Position numbers and translations under genes: made by a program. The notes under the pieces were generated by a model that had not been told where the DNA came from, ran no database searches, and saw nothing but the letters and a program-made list of their open reading frames with translations. Below, one piece after another: positions 31,001 through 39,743 of a DNA stretch of 64,000 bases. Origin of the DNA: an uncultured Anaerolineales bacterium (GTDB lineage Bacteria; Planctomycetota; Phycisphaerae; FEN-1346). Each line of letters begins with the position of its first letter. Positions within the stretch are counted from its first letter, which is position 1. The DNA is taken from assembly GCA_964510295.1 (NCBI GenBank), contig CAZEBQ010000001.1, positions 829 through 64,828 of the forward strand. The letters are read 5' to 3'.

Positions 31001-31212
31001 TTGGCGCGGGATGGAAAGACTCCGTCAAGGTCTTTGAAGGAAACCCGAACGAGGACGGCGAGACCGTCCTGATGGTCATCTCCGCCGCGGACGGCAAGAC
31101 GCTGGGAGAATATCCGCTTGAGGCGCAGCCCGTCTTCGACGGCCTCGCGGCAGCCTACGGCAGGCTGTATCTGGCGATGAAGGATGGGACGGTGACGTGC
31201 TGGGGCAGGTGA
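28030..31212 (+). CDS. Large secreted PQQ-like beta-propeller repeat protein (1060 aa) with an N-terminal methyltransferase-like Rossmann segment
   Basis: A signal peptide is followed by GGLVVHVDCGDGKLTAAL (SAM-MTase motif I-like). Multiple PQQ/BamB-like repeats follow (DADSGKTMWRF, DARTGAVRC, SAADGKTLGEY). Confidence 0.65.
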   Translation: MTRHNLSAACLCAVVLVAVAQAAWAADPADQARQILRSTGVKGGLVVHVDCGDGKLTAALHAGDSYLVHGLDASAKNVRQARDSISKQGLYGQVSVEQWSGDRLPYIDNVVNLLVVEEAGRVSDAEVMRVLCPNGVVFTKKDGKWTKVVKPWPDDIDEWTHFLHDATGNAVAGDTRIATPKHLQWQAGPKRTRDHDAQASISAMTSSGGRIFYILDEGLTSLIHRPANWHLIARDAFNGMLLWKRNIDSWVTHLHYFRSGPTQLPRRLVSIGDRVYATLGLDAPVTVLDAADGKTLLTYKGSEKAEEFICHEGILLAVIGDPRLWNRYAPKIGNYWDFYDEEGPEAAKRIVAYQADTGKELWRIEGENLARLAPLSLAAGNARAFYLDNQNLYCVDLHSGKERWRAPFPTKGLFLRNYAPTVVQYTDTIVCLSLDRLSVFAVKDGRKLWETTGYAGFASPGDLFVIDDLVWTFPTTATVHVDKQKVPGKGNEFLAFDLYTGEVRKTLVKKEVWPGGHHHRCYRNKATQRYFISGRRGLEFVDLKGNDNTINWWLRGVCQYGIMPCNGLVYMPPHPCKCFGRIKFDGFHAVAAQRVKAGPESGPAERLLKGPAYKQVRNRAADIRNERRTPDRQTPKTSAWAAPVPNAHPEEWPTYRHDITRSGCASTKVPVDVKKKWQADIGARLSSVVVAQNRLFVSAVDRQTLYCLDADSGKTMWRFVADGRVDSPPTISSGTAFFGCRNGCVYAVGAADGELAWRFRGAPLDRRTVVRDRLESAWPIHGSVLVHGGVVYFAAGQSSYLDGGIRLVGLDARTGAVRCTTTFSTEGVSQSGGLPDVLVSDGQEIFMRHMRYDLSLRPAKGGGVRALVADTGLLEDCWGHRWNWILGGGGICPAGKLLVFDGGMAYGVQTFYTFLKHDKSMQPSTHTGHLHQKYARYTKDGFPIGTRLFAQENTLGGASRRRWLLNSNKHVWNSKTLVQFRAMVLAGDALFGAGWKDSVKVFEGNPNEDGETVLMVISAADGKTLGEYPLEAQPVFDGLAAAYGRLYLAMKDGTVTCWGR

Positions 31213-31396
31213 CACCGACGGGTCCTTCTCGCCGAGACTTGTCGTCCTTGCGATGCGGCGTCTTGCAACGTAGAAGGTAAGCGATTAGCATACGGTTGCT
31301 TTGATGGGCGCGGCGGCGGTCACTGGCGCAGTTGCGCCTTGAAAGGGACCGTGCATTTGCCGCGGCGGCGTCCACCACGGCGGAGGTGGTTGTGGC

Positions 31397-31732
31397 GTGA
31401 GATTCAGCGAGTACGAACGCGGTGCCGTGAAGGTTCTCAAGCCGGAAGGGCCGCTCAGGGGCGACGACGCCCAGGAGTTCAGGGACCGGGTCGTGGAGAT
31501 GGCCGACGGCAACAGCGGCCGGTGCGTCGTGGACGTCTCGGCCGTGCAGTACGTTGACAGCAAAGGCCTCCAGGCCCTGGTGGACGCTGGCGAACACGTC
31601 CTGCACACCGGCCGGCGGCTGAAACTGTGCGGCGTGGCGGAGATCGTTCGGCAGGTGCTCGATCTGACGGAACTGTCGCCGGAGTTCGAGTACTTCGCCA
31701 ACGTCAACGCCGCCGTGAGGAGTTTCCTGTGA
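31397..31732 (+). CDS. STAS-domain protein (anti-sigma-factor antagonist, SpoIIAA-like)
   Basis: VKVLKPEGPLRGDDAQEFRDRVVEM...VVDVSAVQYVDSKGLQALVDAGE... is the classic STAS fold sequence. It has a GTG start. Confidence 0.75.
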   Translation: MRFSEYERGAVKVLKPEGPLRGDDAQEFRDRVVEMADGNSGRCVVDVSAVQYVDSKGLQALVDAGEHVLHTGRRLKLCGVAEIVRQVLDLTELSPEFEYFANVNAAVRSFL

Positions 31733-33477
31733 CCGAGCCCGCGCAGCCCAAGGAGCCGGTCGGCGAGGTGCTGGTCCGGGCGGGCATGCTCTCACGCGAC
31801 CAGTTGACCGGCGCCCTCGACGAGCAGGGGCTCACCGGCCGCAAGTTGGGCGAAGTGCTTGTGGACCAGGGGGTGGTGGGTCCGGCCGTGGTGGTCCGCG
31901 TGGTGGCCGAGCACCTGGGCGTCAAGGGCTGCCTGCTTCGCCATGGCCTGATCGATCCGGCGCTGCTGGACCTCATCGGACAGAAGGAGGCCGAGCGGCT
32001 GAAGGCCCTCCCGATGTTCCTCGTCCGCGACACGCTGACCACGGCCATGGCCGAGCCGCAGTCACTGCCCGGCACCGACCAGTTGAGGCTGCTGACCGGG
32101 TGCCGGATCCGCCCCGTGTTGGCGCTGGAAGCCAACGTGCTGGAGTTCATCGACAAGTACGCGGGCGGCGAGACCGACATGAGCGCCTTCCTCGCCTCCC
32201 TGGCCCGGATGGACGTGTCGGTCATCGAACAGGAGAAGGTGGACCAGAGGCCGGTGGCCGACCTGGACGAGACGGGCGAAGAGAGCCCCGTCGTGGACCT
32301 CGTCAACATGGTTCTCCTGACGGCCGTCAGGGACGGCGCCAGCGATATCCACATCGAACCCGAGAAGAAGGGCACCCAGCGTGGCACGCGCATCCGGTAT
32401 CGGATTGACGGCCGCCTCCGTGACCTCATGAAGCCGCCGACGGGCCTGCACGCCGCCATCACGTCTCGTGTCAAAGTCATCGGCAAGATGAATATCGCCG
32501 AGAAGCGTCTGCCCCAGGAGGGGCGCGTGCGCATCGTTGCCGACCGGCGCGAGATTGACCTCCGCGTGTCCAGCATGCCGACGCTGCTCGGCGAGAAGGT
32601 CGTCCTCCGCATCCTGGACAAAGAGAACCTCCACCGCCGCATGGAGGAGCTGGGGTTCAGGACGGAGCCCCTCGCGGCCTTCCGCAAGATGCTCCGGCAA
32701 CCCAACGGGCTGCTCCTCGTTACGGGGCCGACAGGCAGCGGCAAGACCACGACCCTCTACTCGGCGCTCGACATCATCCGCAACCCGGAACTGAACGTTC
32801 TGACCGTCGAGGACCCCGTGGAGTACCAACTCGACCTGATCAACCAGGTGCAGGTGCAGGCGTCCATCGGCATGACCTTCGCGCGAATCCTGCGGAGCAT
32901 GCTGCGCCAGGACCCGGACGTCATTCTCGTGGGCGAGGTCCGCGACGAGGAGACCGCCAGGGTGGCCGTCCAGGCCGCGCTGACCGGGCACTTGGTCCTG
33001 GCCACGCTCCACACCAACGACGCGCCGGGTGCGGTGGCGCGGCTACTGGACATGGGGATCGAACCGTACCTGCTCTCCGGCGCCCTCAACGGCGTTGTCG
33101 CCCAGCGGTTGGCCAGGCTGGTTTGTGAGAACTGCGCGACGACATATACCCCGACCGAGAACGTTCTCGAGGACGCAGGACTTGCCACGGCAACCGGTCA
33201 TACCTTCCGCAGGGGCGAGGGATGCGAGAAATGCCATGAATCCGGGTTCCGCGGCCGCGCCGGCATCTACGAGGTCATGGAGATCACCCCCGGCACGCGG
33301 CGGATGATCCACCGGGCCGCGCCGACCCACGAGTTGCGCGACGGCCTGCGCGAGGGCGGATTCCTCACGCTCCGAGAGGAAGGCGTCCGGATGGCCACCC
33401 AGGGAAGGACCACCCTCGAGGAAGCCCTGAGCGTCACGCACGGCGAAGCCGCCCTGGCGGCCGAGGGTGATGTGTAA
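31729..33477 (+). CDS. Type II/IV secretion-system ATPase (GspE/PilB/MshE family) with an N-terminal MshEN-type domain
   Basis: Walker A GPTGSGKTTTL, Asp box, Walker B DPDVILVGEVRD and His box LVLATLHTN are present. The tetracysteine motif is CENC...CEKC. The N-terminal LGEVLVDQGVV... region is GspE_N/MshEN-like. The GTG start overlaps the STAS stop (GTGA). Confidence 0.9.
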   Translation: MTEPAQPKEPVGEVLVRAGMLSRDQLTGALDEQGLTGRKLGEVLVDQGVVGPAVVVRVVAEHLGVKGCLLRHGLIDPALLDLIGQKEAERLKALPMFLVRDTLTTAMAEPQSLPGTDQLRLLTGCRIRPVLALEANVLEFIDKYAGGETDMSAFLASLARMDVSVIEQEKVDQRPVADLDETGEESPVVDLVNMVLLTAVRDGASDIHIEPEKKGTQRGTRIRYRIDGRLRDLMKPPTGLHAAITSRVKVIGKMNIAEKRLPQEGRVRIVADRREIDLRVSSMPTLLGEKVVLRILDKENLHRRMEELGFRTEPLAAFRKMLRQPNGLLLVTGPTGSGKTTTLYSALDIIRNPELNVLTVEDPVEYQLDLINQVQVQASIGMTFARILRSMLRQDPDVILVGEVRDEETARVAVQAALTGHLVLATLHTNDAPGAVARLLDMGIEPYLLSGALNGVVAQRLARLVCENCATTYTPTENVLEDAGLATATGHTFRRGEGCEKCHESGFRGRAGIYEVMEITPGTRRMIHRAAPTHELRDGLREGGFLTLREEGVRMATQGRTTLEEALSVTHGEAALAAEGDV

Positions 33478-33549
33478 CCGTGCGGTTCCCGCCGCCTGCG
33501 ATGCCGGTGCGGCATGGGGCTTGCCGCGCGGCACGCCGCGTGGCCGAGG

Positions 33550-34251
33550 TCACTTCGGCGGCTTCTTTCCCTCCCGCGCCTTCGTCGCGCCCGCTTCGAG
33601 CGCTGCCTTGACGAGCGGCGCCCAGACCTCGTATCCCTTGCGGTTCATGTGGAGCATGTCCTTCAGGAAGATGTCGGTGCGGGGGGCGCCGTCGGCGCCC
33701 AGCATCGGCGTGGCCACGTCGATGTACGTCAGGCTCGCCTCCGTCCCGGCGTACTCGCGGATCAGGCGGTTGGCCTCTTTGGCTTGCGGCCAGACCTTCA
33801 CGCGGCGCGGGCTGGGTTTGATGGCGAGGAAGTGGATCGGTACGTGCGGCAGGGCCTTTCGGACCTTTGCCACGAACGTCTTGTAATCCGTGAGGATCCG
33901 CGCGGGCGTCTTCCCGGCCCAGACGTCGTTGTCGCCGGCGTAAAAGACGATCTGCGCGGGCCGGTATCGGATGACCAGACGCTCGGCGTAGTGGATCTGG
34001 TCGGAAACCTGGCTTCCCCCGATGCCGCGCGCGATGGCGGTCATCGGCTTGAAGTCTTCCGGAATGCTTTTCCACATGCGGACCGACGAACTGCCGACGA
34101 AAAGCACAGCCCCCTGCGGCGGCGGCGACTTGACGTCCTGTGCTTCGTATGCCCGAACCTGGCCTTCCCAGCGCTCGGGCGGCGGGTTCGGCGGCTCGGC
34201 CGCAAACACAGCAGCCGCCAACGCTGCGAGAATGGTCACGAACCGCCACAT
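33550..34251 (-). CDS. SGNH/GDSL-family hydrolase, secreted
   Basis: A signal peptide is followed by VLFVGSSSVRMW (GDS-block) and a C-terminal DMLHMNRKGY (DxxH). Confidence 0.7.
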   Translation of the reverse strand: MWRFVTILAALAAAVFAAEPPNPPPERWEGQVRAYEAQDVKSPPPQGAVLFVGSSSVRMWKSIPEDFKPMTAIARGIGGSQVSDQIHYAERLVIRYRPAQIVFYAGDNDVWAGKTPARILTDYKTFVAKVRKALPHVPIHFLAIKPSPRRVKVWPQAKEANRLIREYAGTEASLTYIDVATPMLGADGAPRTDIFLKDMLHMNRKGYEVWAPLVKAALEAGATKAREGKKPPK

Positions 34252-34395
34252 TCGCGCACCTCTTGGTCTACATGCCATGAACGCCCCTTTCGTGACGCGA
34301 GTTCCTCCGTTGCCGCTGTACCGCTCTGCCTGGGGGAAGACAACTGAAATCCCTGTGGGGCAAGGCGTTCAGGACGCCGCAGCGCCGCCTCAGAG

Positions 34396-36948
34396 CTACG
34401 GGAACAAGTCCAGCGGATCATTGCACTCTTTAGGCAACGGCTTGTTCGAGGGCCACTCCAAGCCGAATGGGTCGTCGTAAGACTGCCACGCCCGATAGTC
34501 ATCCGGCGGTTGCCCATTCGCCAGCGCCTCAGCCTCGCGGCGGACGCAACGCTGCACGATTAGGCACGGATCCTCCTCGGCCACGCGCCGCATGAGTGGA
34601 ACCGCCCGCCGGTCGCCGCACAGCCTCAGCGCCTCGGCGGCCCGCTGCCTTGCGCCGCGGTACCTTGAGGTTTCGAGCATATCCATGAAGAGGTCAACCG
34701 CTGCGTCGCAGCGTACGTCCCTGCCATCGACGTGGTAAGCGTTCTGGAAATCGCAGCCGATCGACTCCTGGTCCTCTGCCGAGAGATCAGGGAAGGCCTT
34801 CCTCAGAGCCTCGTATCCTGAGGGCTCTCCCATTTTGGCAAGGGCCTTGGCGGCTATCGTCCGTGCGAAGTCGCGCTCGTCTTTCAGAGCCTGGGCCAGC
34901 GGCGCGACGGCTGGTGTGCCCATCGTCGGCAAGTCCTTCCGCGGGTCGTAAATGTCGTGGGGCCAGGTCAGAAGATCATCGAGCAGTTCGAGATACATCG
35001 GCACGGCACGTGGGTCACCGAACATGCGCAGCGCTCGCGCCACATAGATGCGGAAGAAGACGCTATGGGCGTACGTAGGATCAGGCTCTCGCGAGAGGGC
35101 CGGTAGCCAGACGGTGCCAACCTGCGAGGGCAGGCTCCCGCGCTTCTCCAAAGGCTCCCGTACCGGCGTATCGAGGAACTGCACGAGTGGCTCGGCGGCC
35201 CGTGCGTCGCCCAGCCGGGCAAGGCCCTCGATGGCGGCCATCCGCAACGAGTCAGTGACGGGTTCTGCATCGGTCACGACGCCCATCAGCAGCCGGAACG
35301 CGCGCGGGTCGCCCGTGTTCCCGATGGCTATGGCTGCCTCGCACTGTCGCTCGTCTTCAGCGCCACGGAGAATCTTGGCCAGTTGCTCGAGCGCCTCCGG
35401 CGCGGGTAACTGTCCCAGGACGCACATGGCAAGGCGACGAATTTTGGGGTCCTCACTGTCGAGCCGCGCGATCGCATGGGGCACGACAGCCAGGCCCATC
35501 GTCGCCAGTTGCTTGGCGTTGTCCTGCAGATAGCCACGACATGCACATGCTGCGAACAGCGCGGGAATGGCCGACGGGTTGCCGATACGAAAGAGGGCCT
35601 CGGCGGTCGCGTCCCGGACCTGCCGCTCGTGATGCTCGTCGGCATCGGGGTATCCGCCGTAATCCGGCGGTGCGTCGTAGTGGAACACACCCATGAGGGC
35701 CTTGGTGGCCTGTGCGCCGCCGATCTCGCCGAGGGCCCTGATCGCGGGCAAGATGGTACTACGGTCCGGCTTCTCGACGAGTCGGCACAGGGGCCCGACC
35801 GCCCGTTGGTCTTTCAGCCGACGGAGCGCCTCGACCGCCTCGCACCGCACCATCGCTTCCTCATCTTCAAGCGCTGTGATGAGCGGCTCGACGGCGCGGG
35901 CGTCGCCGATGATGCCCAACGCACGCGCTGCGCGCTTGCGCACCTCGCTGGTCACGTGTCGGAGAGTGGACAGCAAGGCGGGAACCGCTGAAGCATTCCC
36001 CGGCCAACCGAGCGAGTTGGCGGCCATTGCTACGACACGCGCGTCGGCATCATTAAGGGTCTCGGTGAGGGCCGACAGGACGCGCTCGTCCTCGAGGTCC
36101 GGCCACCACGCCAGGGCCCGCGCAGCGCAGGCCCGGGCCAGCGCATCGTCCTCACGCAGGATCTCCAGCAGCACAAGCGCGTGCTCGCCCCAGTCGGCGA
36201 TCTGCTCGGCGGCGTCCCTGCGGATCTCGTCGTACTGTTCAGGGTCACGGAGCGCCGCCGCCAGCGCGGCTACGACATCGTCACAGGGGATTCCGCCCAA
36301 GGCCTGGACTGCGGCTACGCGGACGAGCGGCTCATCGTTCGTCAGCGCCTCACGAAGCGGCACAACCGCCCGCAGATCAGCGATCATGCCCAGTGCGTGA
36401 GCCGCCAGGGCCCGGACGCGGAGATCGGAATCTTCGAGGGCAACCAGCAGGAAGGGCACAGCCGCCTCCCCGACCTCGATGATAGCCCAGACCGCGCCGC
36501 GTGCCGGTTGCAGGGTCAGGCCACGCCAGTCTTCTTCGCTCGCCTCGGGATTGGTGTGGAAGCGCCCTAACCATCGGCAGGTCTTTTCCCAGAGACCGGG
36601 CGAGGTCTCTTTCGGTTCTTCCCGGAAGAGGCGGAAGCGGTCAGGCACACTTGGCTCGGCCAGCATGGCCAGAAGCCAGGGCAGGGCGGGCTTTGCCTCG
36701 CGACCCAGATCCCCAAGCGTGTCAGCAGCCTCATACCGCGCGGCAGGTTCCGGCGAGTAGAGCGCCTCAATCGCTTGCTGCAACTCCGGTGGCCCCTCAC
36801 GTGGGATCTGGAAGTGCCAGGGTGCCCGCACTCGTACCTGGGGCGGAAGGGTGCACATGAACGACCACTGCCACACGCACCAAGCCCCCGCCGTCAGGCC
36901 CGCAACCGACGCCAATACGAGAATTGCCCTGCGCAGTCTGGTTCGCAT
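34396..36948 (-). CDS. HEAT/PBS-lyase repeat protein (850 aa)
   Basis: Many repeats of the ...VR..AA.ALG.IGD.RAV.PLI.AL.D... type are present. Confidence 0.7.
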   Translation of the reverse strand: MRTRLRRAILVLASVAGLTAGAWCVWQWSFMCTLPPQVRVRAPWHFQIPREGPPELQQAIEALYSPEPAARYEAADTLGDLGREAKPALPWLLAMLAEPSVPDRFRLFREEPKETSPGLWEKTCRWLGRFHTNPEASEEDWRGLTLQPARGAVWAIIEVGEAAVPFLLVALEDSDLRVRALAAHALGMIADLRAVVPLREALTNDEPLVRVAAVQALGGIPCDDVVAALAAALRDPEQYDEIRRDAAEQIADWGEHALVLLEILREDDALARACAARALAWWPDLEDERVLSALTETLNDADARVVAMAANSLGWPGNASAVPALLSTLRHVTSEVRKRAARALGIIGDARAVEPLITALEDEEAMVRCEAVEALRRLKDQRAVGPLCRLVEKPDRSTILPAIRALGEIGGAQATKALMGVFHYDAPPDYGGYPDADEHHERQVRDATAEALFRIGNPSAIPALFAACACRGYLQDNAKQLATMGLAVVPHAIARLDSEDPKIRRLAMCVLGQLPAPEALEQLAKILRGAEDERQCEAAIAIGNTGDPRAFRLLMGVVTDAEPVTDSLRMAAIEGLARLGDARAAEPLVQFLDTPVREPLEKRGSLPSQVGTVWLPALSREPDPTYAHSVFFRIYVARALRMFGDPRAVPMYLELLDDLLTWPHDIYDPRKDLPTMGTPAVAPLAQALKDERDFARTIAAKALAKMGEPSGYEALRKAFPDLSAEDQESIGCDFQNAYHVDGRDVRCDAAVDLFMDMLETSRYRGARQRAAEALRLCGDRRAVPLMRRVAEEDPCLIVQRCVRREAEALANGQPPDDYRAWQSYDDPFGLEWPSNKPLPKECNDPLDLFP

Positions 36949-37195
36949 GATGGGCCTCGCTCGGCTGACCGTCCTACGCGATCATACCCCAAACTTCTTC
37001 GCATGGAAAGACCCCTCTGCTTACGCTTGCATGGTGTGCTTGAGAGTGGGTTGTGCTGACCTGGGTGCCCGCACCCCTGTGAAATAACTATTGACGCCCG
37101 GCGGCCGCGCTGAGAGAGTATCCGTTCCGGCGCGGCCGCTGAAACGTGTGGATGGACTGCGCCGATGACCCTGCGAGCGAACGAAGGAGACGGCC

Positions 37196-37510
37196 GTGGC
37201 ACAATTCCATCACGTCGGCGTTCCGACGGACATCGAGCACCCGGATGAGACCTATCTCGAAGATGGTGGCGTGCACATCACCGACCCCGCGGCCAGTCCG
37301 TACCACTTCGAGTACCTCCGATTTGACGCCGACAGTCCCCTGCCCGACGCGATGAAAACGAACCCCCACATTGCCTACATGGTGGACGATCTGGGGGCGG
37401 CCATGGAGGGCGAAGAGGTTCTGCTCGAACCCTTCAACCCCATGCCGAACCTCCGTGTGGCGTTCGTCGTCAAGGACAATATCGTCGTTGAACTGATGCA
37501 GGAGATCTGA
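37196..37510 (+). CDS. VOC (glyoxalase/bleomycin-resistance fold) family protein
   Basis: A 104-aa protein with MAQFHHVGVPTDIEH. Confidence 0.5.
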   Translation: MAQFHHVGVPTDIEHPDETYLEDGGVHITDPAASPYHFEYLRFDADSPLPDAMKTNPHIAYMVDDLGAAMEGEEVLLEPFNPMPNLRVAFVVKDNIVVELMQEI

Positions 37511-37676
37511 GCCGGCCGACAGCGCCCCGAGTCCCGCGCCGTGGGGCTCCCGACCCGTCGCGCGAAACGGCGCATCCGCGCCGCGGGGACGCCTGACCGG
37601 CCGCGCCGTATTCTCAACAGACCTCCACCGGGTTCCTCCAGAAGCACAAGACAGAAAGGTGGCTCATCCGATGGCA

Positions 37677-38672
37677 ATGAAAAAGTTCATAAACGACCCC
37701 GACGACCTCGTCAGCGAGTTGCTTCAAGGTTACGCTCTCGTGCACGCGAGCAAGATCAAGGTCGTCGCGAACAACCGCGTCACCCGCGTCAAGCCGAAGG
37801 GCGAGGGCAAGGTCGGCATCGTGACGCTCGGCGGCAGCGGTCACGAGCCGGCCCTCAGCGGGTTCGTCGGCTTCGGCATGATCGACATCAGCGTGGCCGG
37901 CGAGATCTTCGCGGCGCCCGGTGCGCCGGCCTGCCTCGAAGCCCTCAAAGCAGCCGACCGCGGCGCCGGCGTTCTCTTCGTTGTCCTGAACCATCCCGGC
38001 GACGTCCTGTCGGCCAACCTGACCATGGAAATGGCCGAGAAGGAGGGGCTGAACGTCAAGCAACTGCTCACGCACGAAGACATCGCCGGCGGCCCGCGCT
38101 CCGAGCCGGACCAGCGCCGCGGCCTGGTCGGGTGCATCCCCCTCTACAAACTCGTCGGCGCCGCCGCCGAGGCCGGCAAGTCGCTCGACGAGGTCTACGC
38201 CATCGGCGAGGCCTACGAGAAGAACATGGCCACCTTGGCCGTGGCCGTCACCAGCGCCACACACCCCGCCACGGGCGAGGCCATGTTCGAACTGGCCGAC
38301 GACGAGATGGAGATCGGCATGGGCCAGCACGGCGAGGCCGGCACCGGCCGAACCAAACTCAAAACCGCCGACGAGACCGCAGACACGATGCTCGCCATGC
38401 TCCTGCAGGACCTGGGTGTCCAAGCCGGCGAGCAACTTCTTGTCATGATCAACGGCTCCGGCGCGGCGACCCTCATGGAACTCTACATCATCTTCCGCCG
38501 CGTCCACCAGGTCCTCACGGAGAAGGGCATCAAGGTGGCCTGCAGCCGTGTCGCCGAAGACCTGACCGTCCAGGAGATGGCCGGGTTCCAGATGCACATC
38601 GGTCGCGTCACCGATGAGATGATCGACCTGTGGAACGCGCCGTGCGACACGCCCTCCATGACCGTCCGGTAG
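37677..38672 (+). CDS. dhaK: Dihydroxyacetone kinase, DhaK subunit
   Basis: MKKFINDPDDLVSELLQGYAL...GGSGHEP... contains the Dak1 His-containing motif. The gene is adjacent to dhaL. Confidence 0.85.
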   Translation: MKKFINDPDDLVSELLQGYALVHASKIKVVANNRVTRVKPKGEGKVGIVTLGGSGHEPALSGFVGFGMIDISVAGEIFAAPGAPACLEALKAADRGAGVLFVVLNHPGDVLSANLTMEMAEKEGLNVKQLLTHEDIAGGPRSEPDQRRGLVGCIPLYKLVGAAAEAGKSLDEVYAIGEAYEKNMATLAVAVTSATHPATGEAMFELADDEMEIGMGQHGEAGTGRTKLKTADETADTMLAMLLQDLGVQAGEQLLVMINGSGAATLMELYIIFRRVHQVLTEKGIKVACSRVAEDLTVQEMAGFQMHIGRVTDEMIDLWNAPCDTPSMTVR

Positions 38673-38679
38673 GCGGGCC

Positions 38680-38760
38680 GACGCCGCGCGGTGGGCAGTC
38701 CTGCCCATCGCGCGAAGGGCAGGGGGATGACGCGGCGGGCAGGACTGCCCGCCGCGCGGC
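38680..38760. repeat. Palindromic repeat pair (REP-like) inserted between dhaK and dhaL
   Basis: cgcgcggtgggcagtcctgcccatcgcgcg and gcgcggcgggcaggactgcccgccgcgc hairpins. Confidence 0.6.
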
Positions 38761-38785
38761 AGCCCAGGACAGATGGGGCGAGCCC

Positions 38786-39433
38786 ATGGCTGAGACGATC
38801 GGTTACGACGAAATGGTCAGGATGCTTCGCGGCGCCGCCGAGAAGGTGACGACCGAGCACCAGACGCTCTCGAAATTCGACGCCGCCATCGGCGACGGCG
38901 ACCACGGCACCGCCATGAGGCGGGCCATGGCCTGTCTCGCCAAGGCCGTTGCCGAGAACCGGTCGCGCGACCTCGCCAGCGTCCTGAACGACGTGGGCTG
39001 GGCCATCCTGAGCGCGGGCGGCGGATCCACCGGCCCGCTGTTCGGCACCTTCTTCATGGGCATGGGCGAAGGCGCGGCCGATCACGCAACGCTCGACGCC
39101 CCAGCCCTGGCCGATGCGTTCGAGGCGGCGCTGGCAGCCGTCAGGAAGCAGACCAAGGCCGAACCGGGCGACAAGACCATGATCGACGCCCTCGTTCCCG
39201 CCGTCGAAGGTCTGCGGGCGGCCGCCGACGAGGGGCTCAGCCCCGCAGAGGCCCTCCACAGGGCCGCCGATGCCGCTGAACGGGCAGCCGCCTCCACCAA
39301 GGACATGCAGGCACGCTTCGGCAAGGCCAAGAACCTGGGCCGGCGCACCCTCGGAACGCCCGACCCGGGGGCCACGTCGGTCGGCCTCATTTTCCGGGGC
39401 TTCGCCGACGGCTTGGCCTCCGGCGGCAACTGA
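38786..39433 (+). CDS. dhaL: Dihydroxyacetone kinase, DhaL (ADP-binding) subunit
   Basis: ...LSKFDAAIGDGDHGTAM... is the Dak2 DGDHG motif. The start was moved to ATG 38786 downstream of the repeat. Confidence 0.85.
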   Translation: MAETIGYDEMVRMLRGAAEKVTTEHQTLSKFDAAIGDGDHGTAMRRAMACLAKAVAENRSRDLASVLNDVGWAILSAGGGSTGPLFGTFFMGMGEGAADHATLDAPALADAFEAALAAVRKQTKAEPGDKTMIDALVPAVEGLRAAADEGLSPAEALHRAADAAERAAASTKDMQARFGKAKNLGRRTLGTPDPGATSVGLIFRGFADGLASGGN

Positions 39434-39556
39434 TCCTACAACGCCACTTCCCGCGCGGCGGGTCTCCTGACCCGCCGCGCAACGGCGAAAATGGGTTTTG
39501 ACGCGCGGTGGGTAGACAGGCTCACCGCGCGAAATGGCGAAGTGGCGTTGTGGTAC
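39434..39556. repeat. Nested palindromic REP/MITE-like element immediately after the dhaL stop
   Basis: Outer arms ctacaacgccacttc / gaagtggcgttgtgg. Inner hairpins cgcgcggcgggtctcctgacccgccgcgc and cgcgcggtgggtagacaggctcaccgcgcg. Confidence 0.7.
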
Positions 39557-39743
39557 TAAAGCACGCCGATGGCTCCGGACGGGCAGGAACACGATTGCCG
39601 TGGAGGTTCAGAGGACGAGAAAGACGAGATTCTTCGACTTGGCCGTCCTCGAAATGGTTGAACGCTGACCGACGATGTGGGATACTTGACCGGCCGTCTT
39701 GCCGCGTGAATACTCAACCCGAAGGCACAAGGAGACCAGCCGC

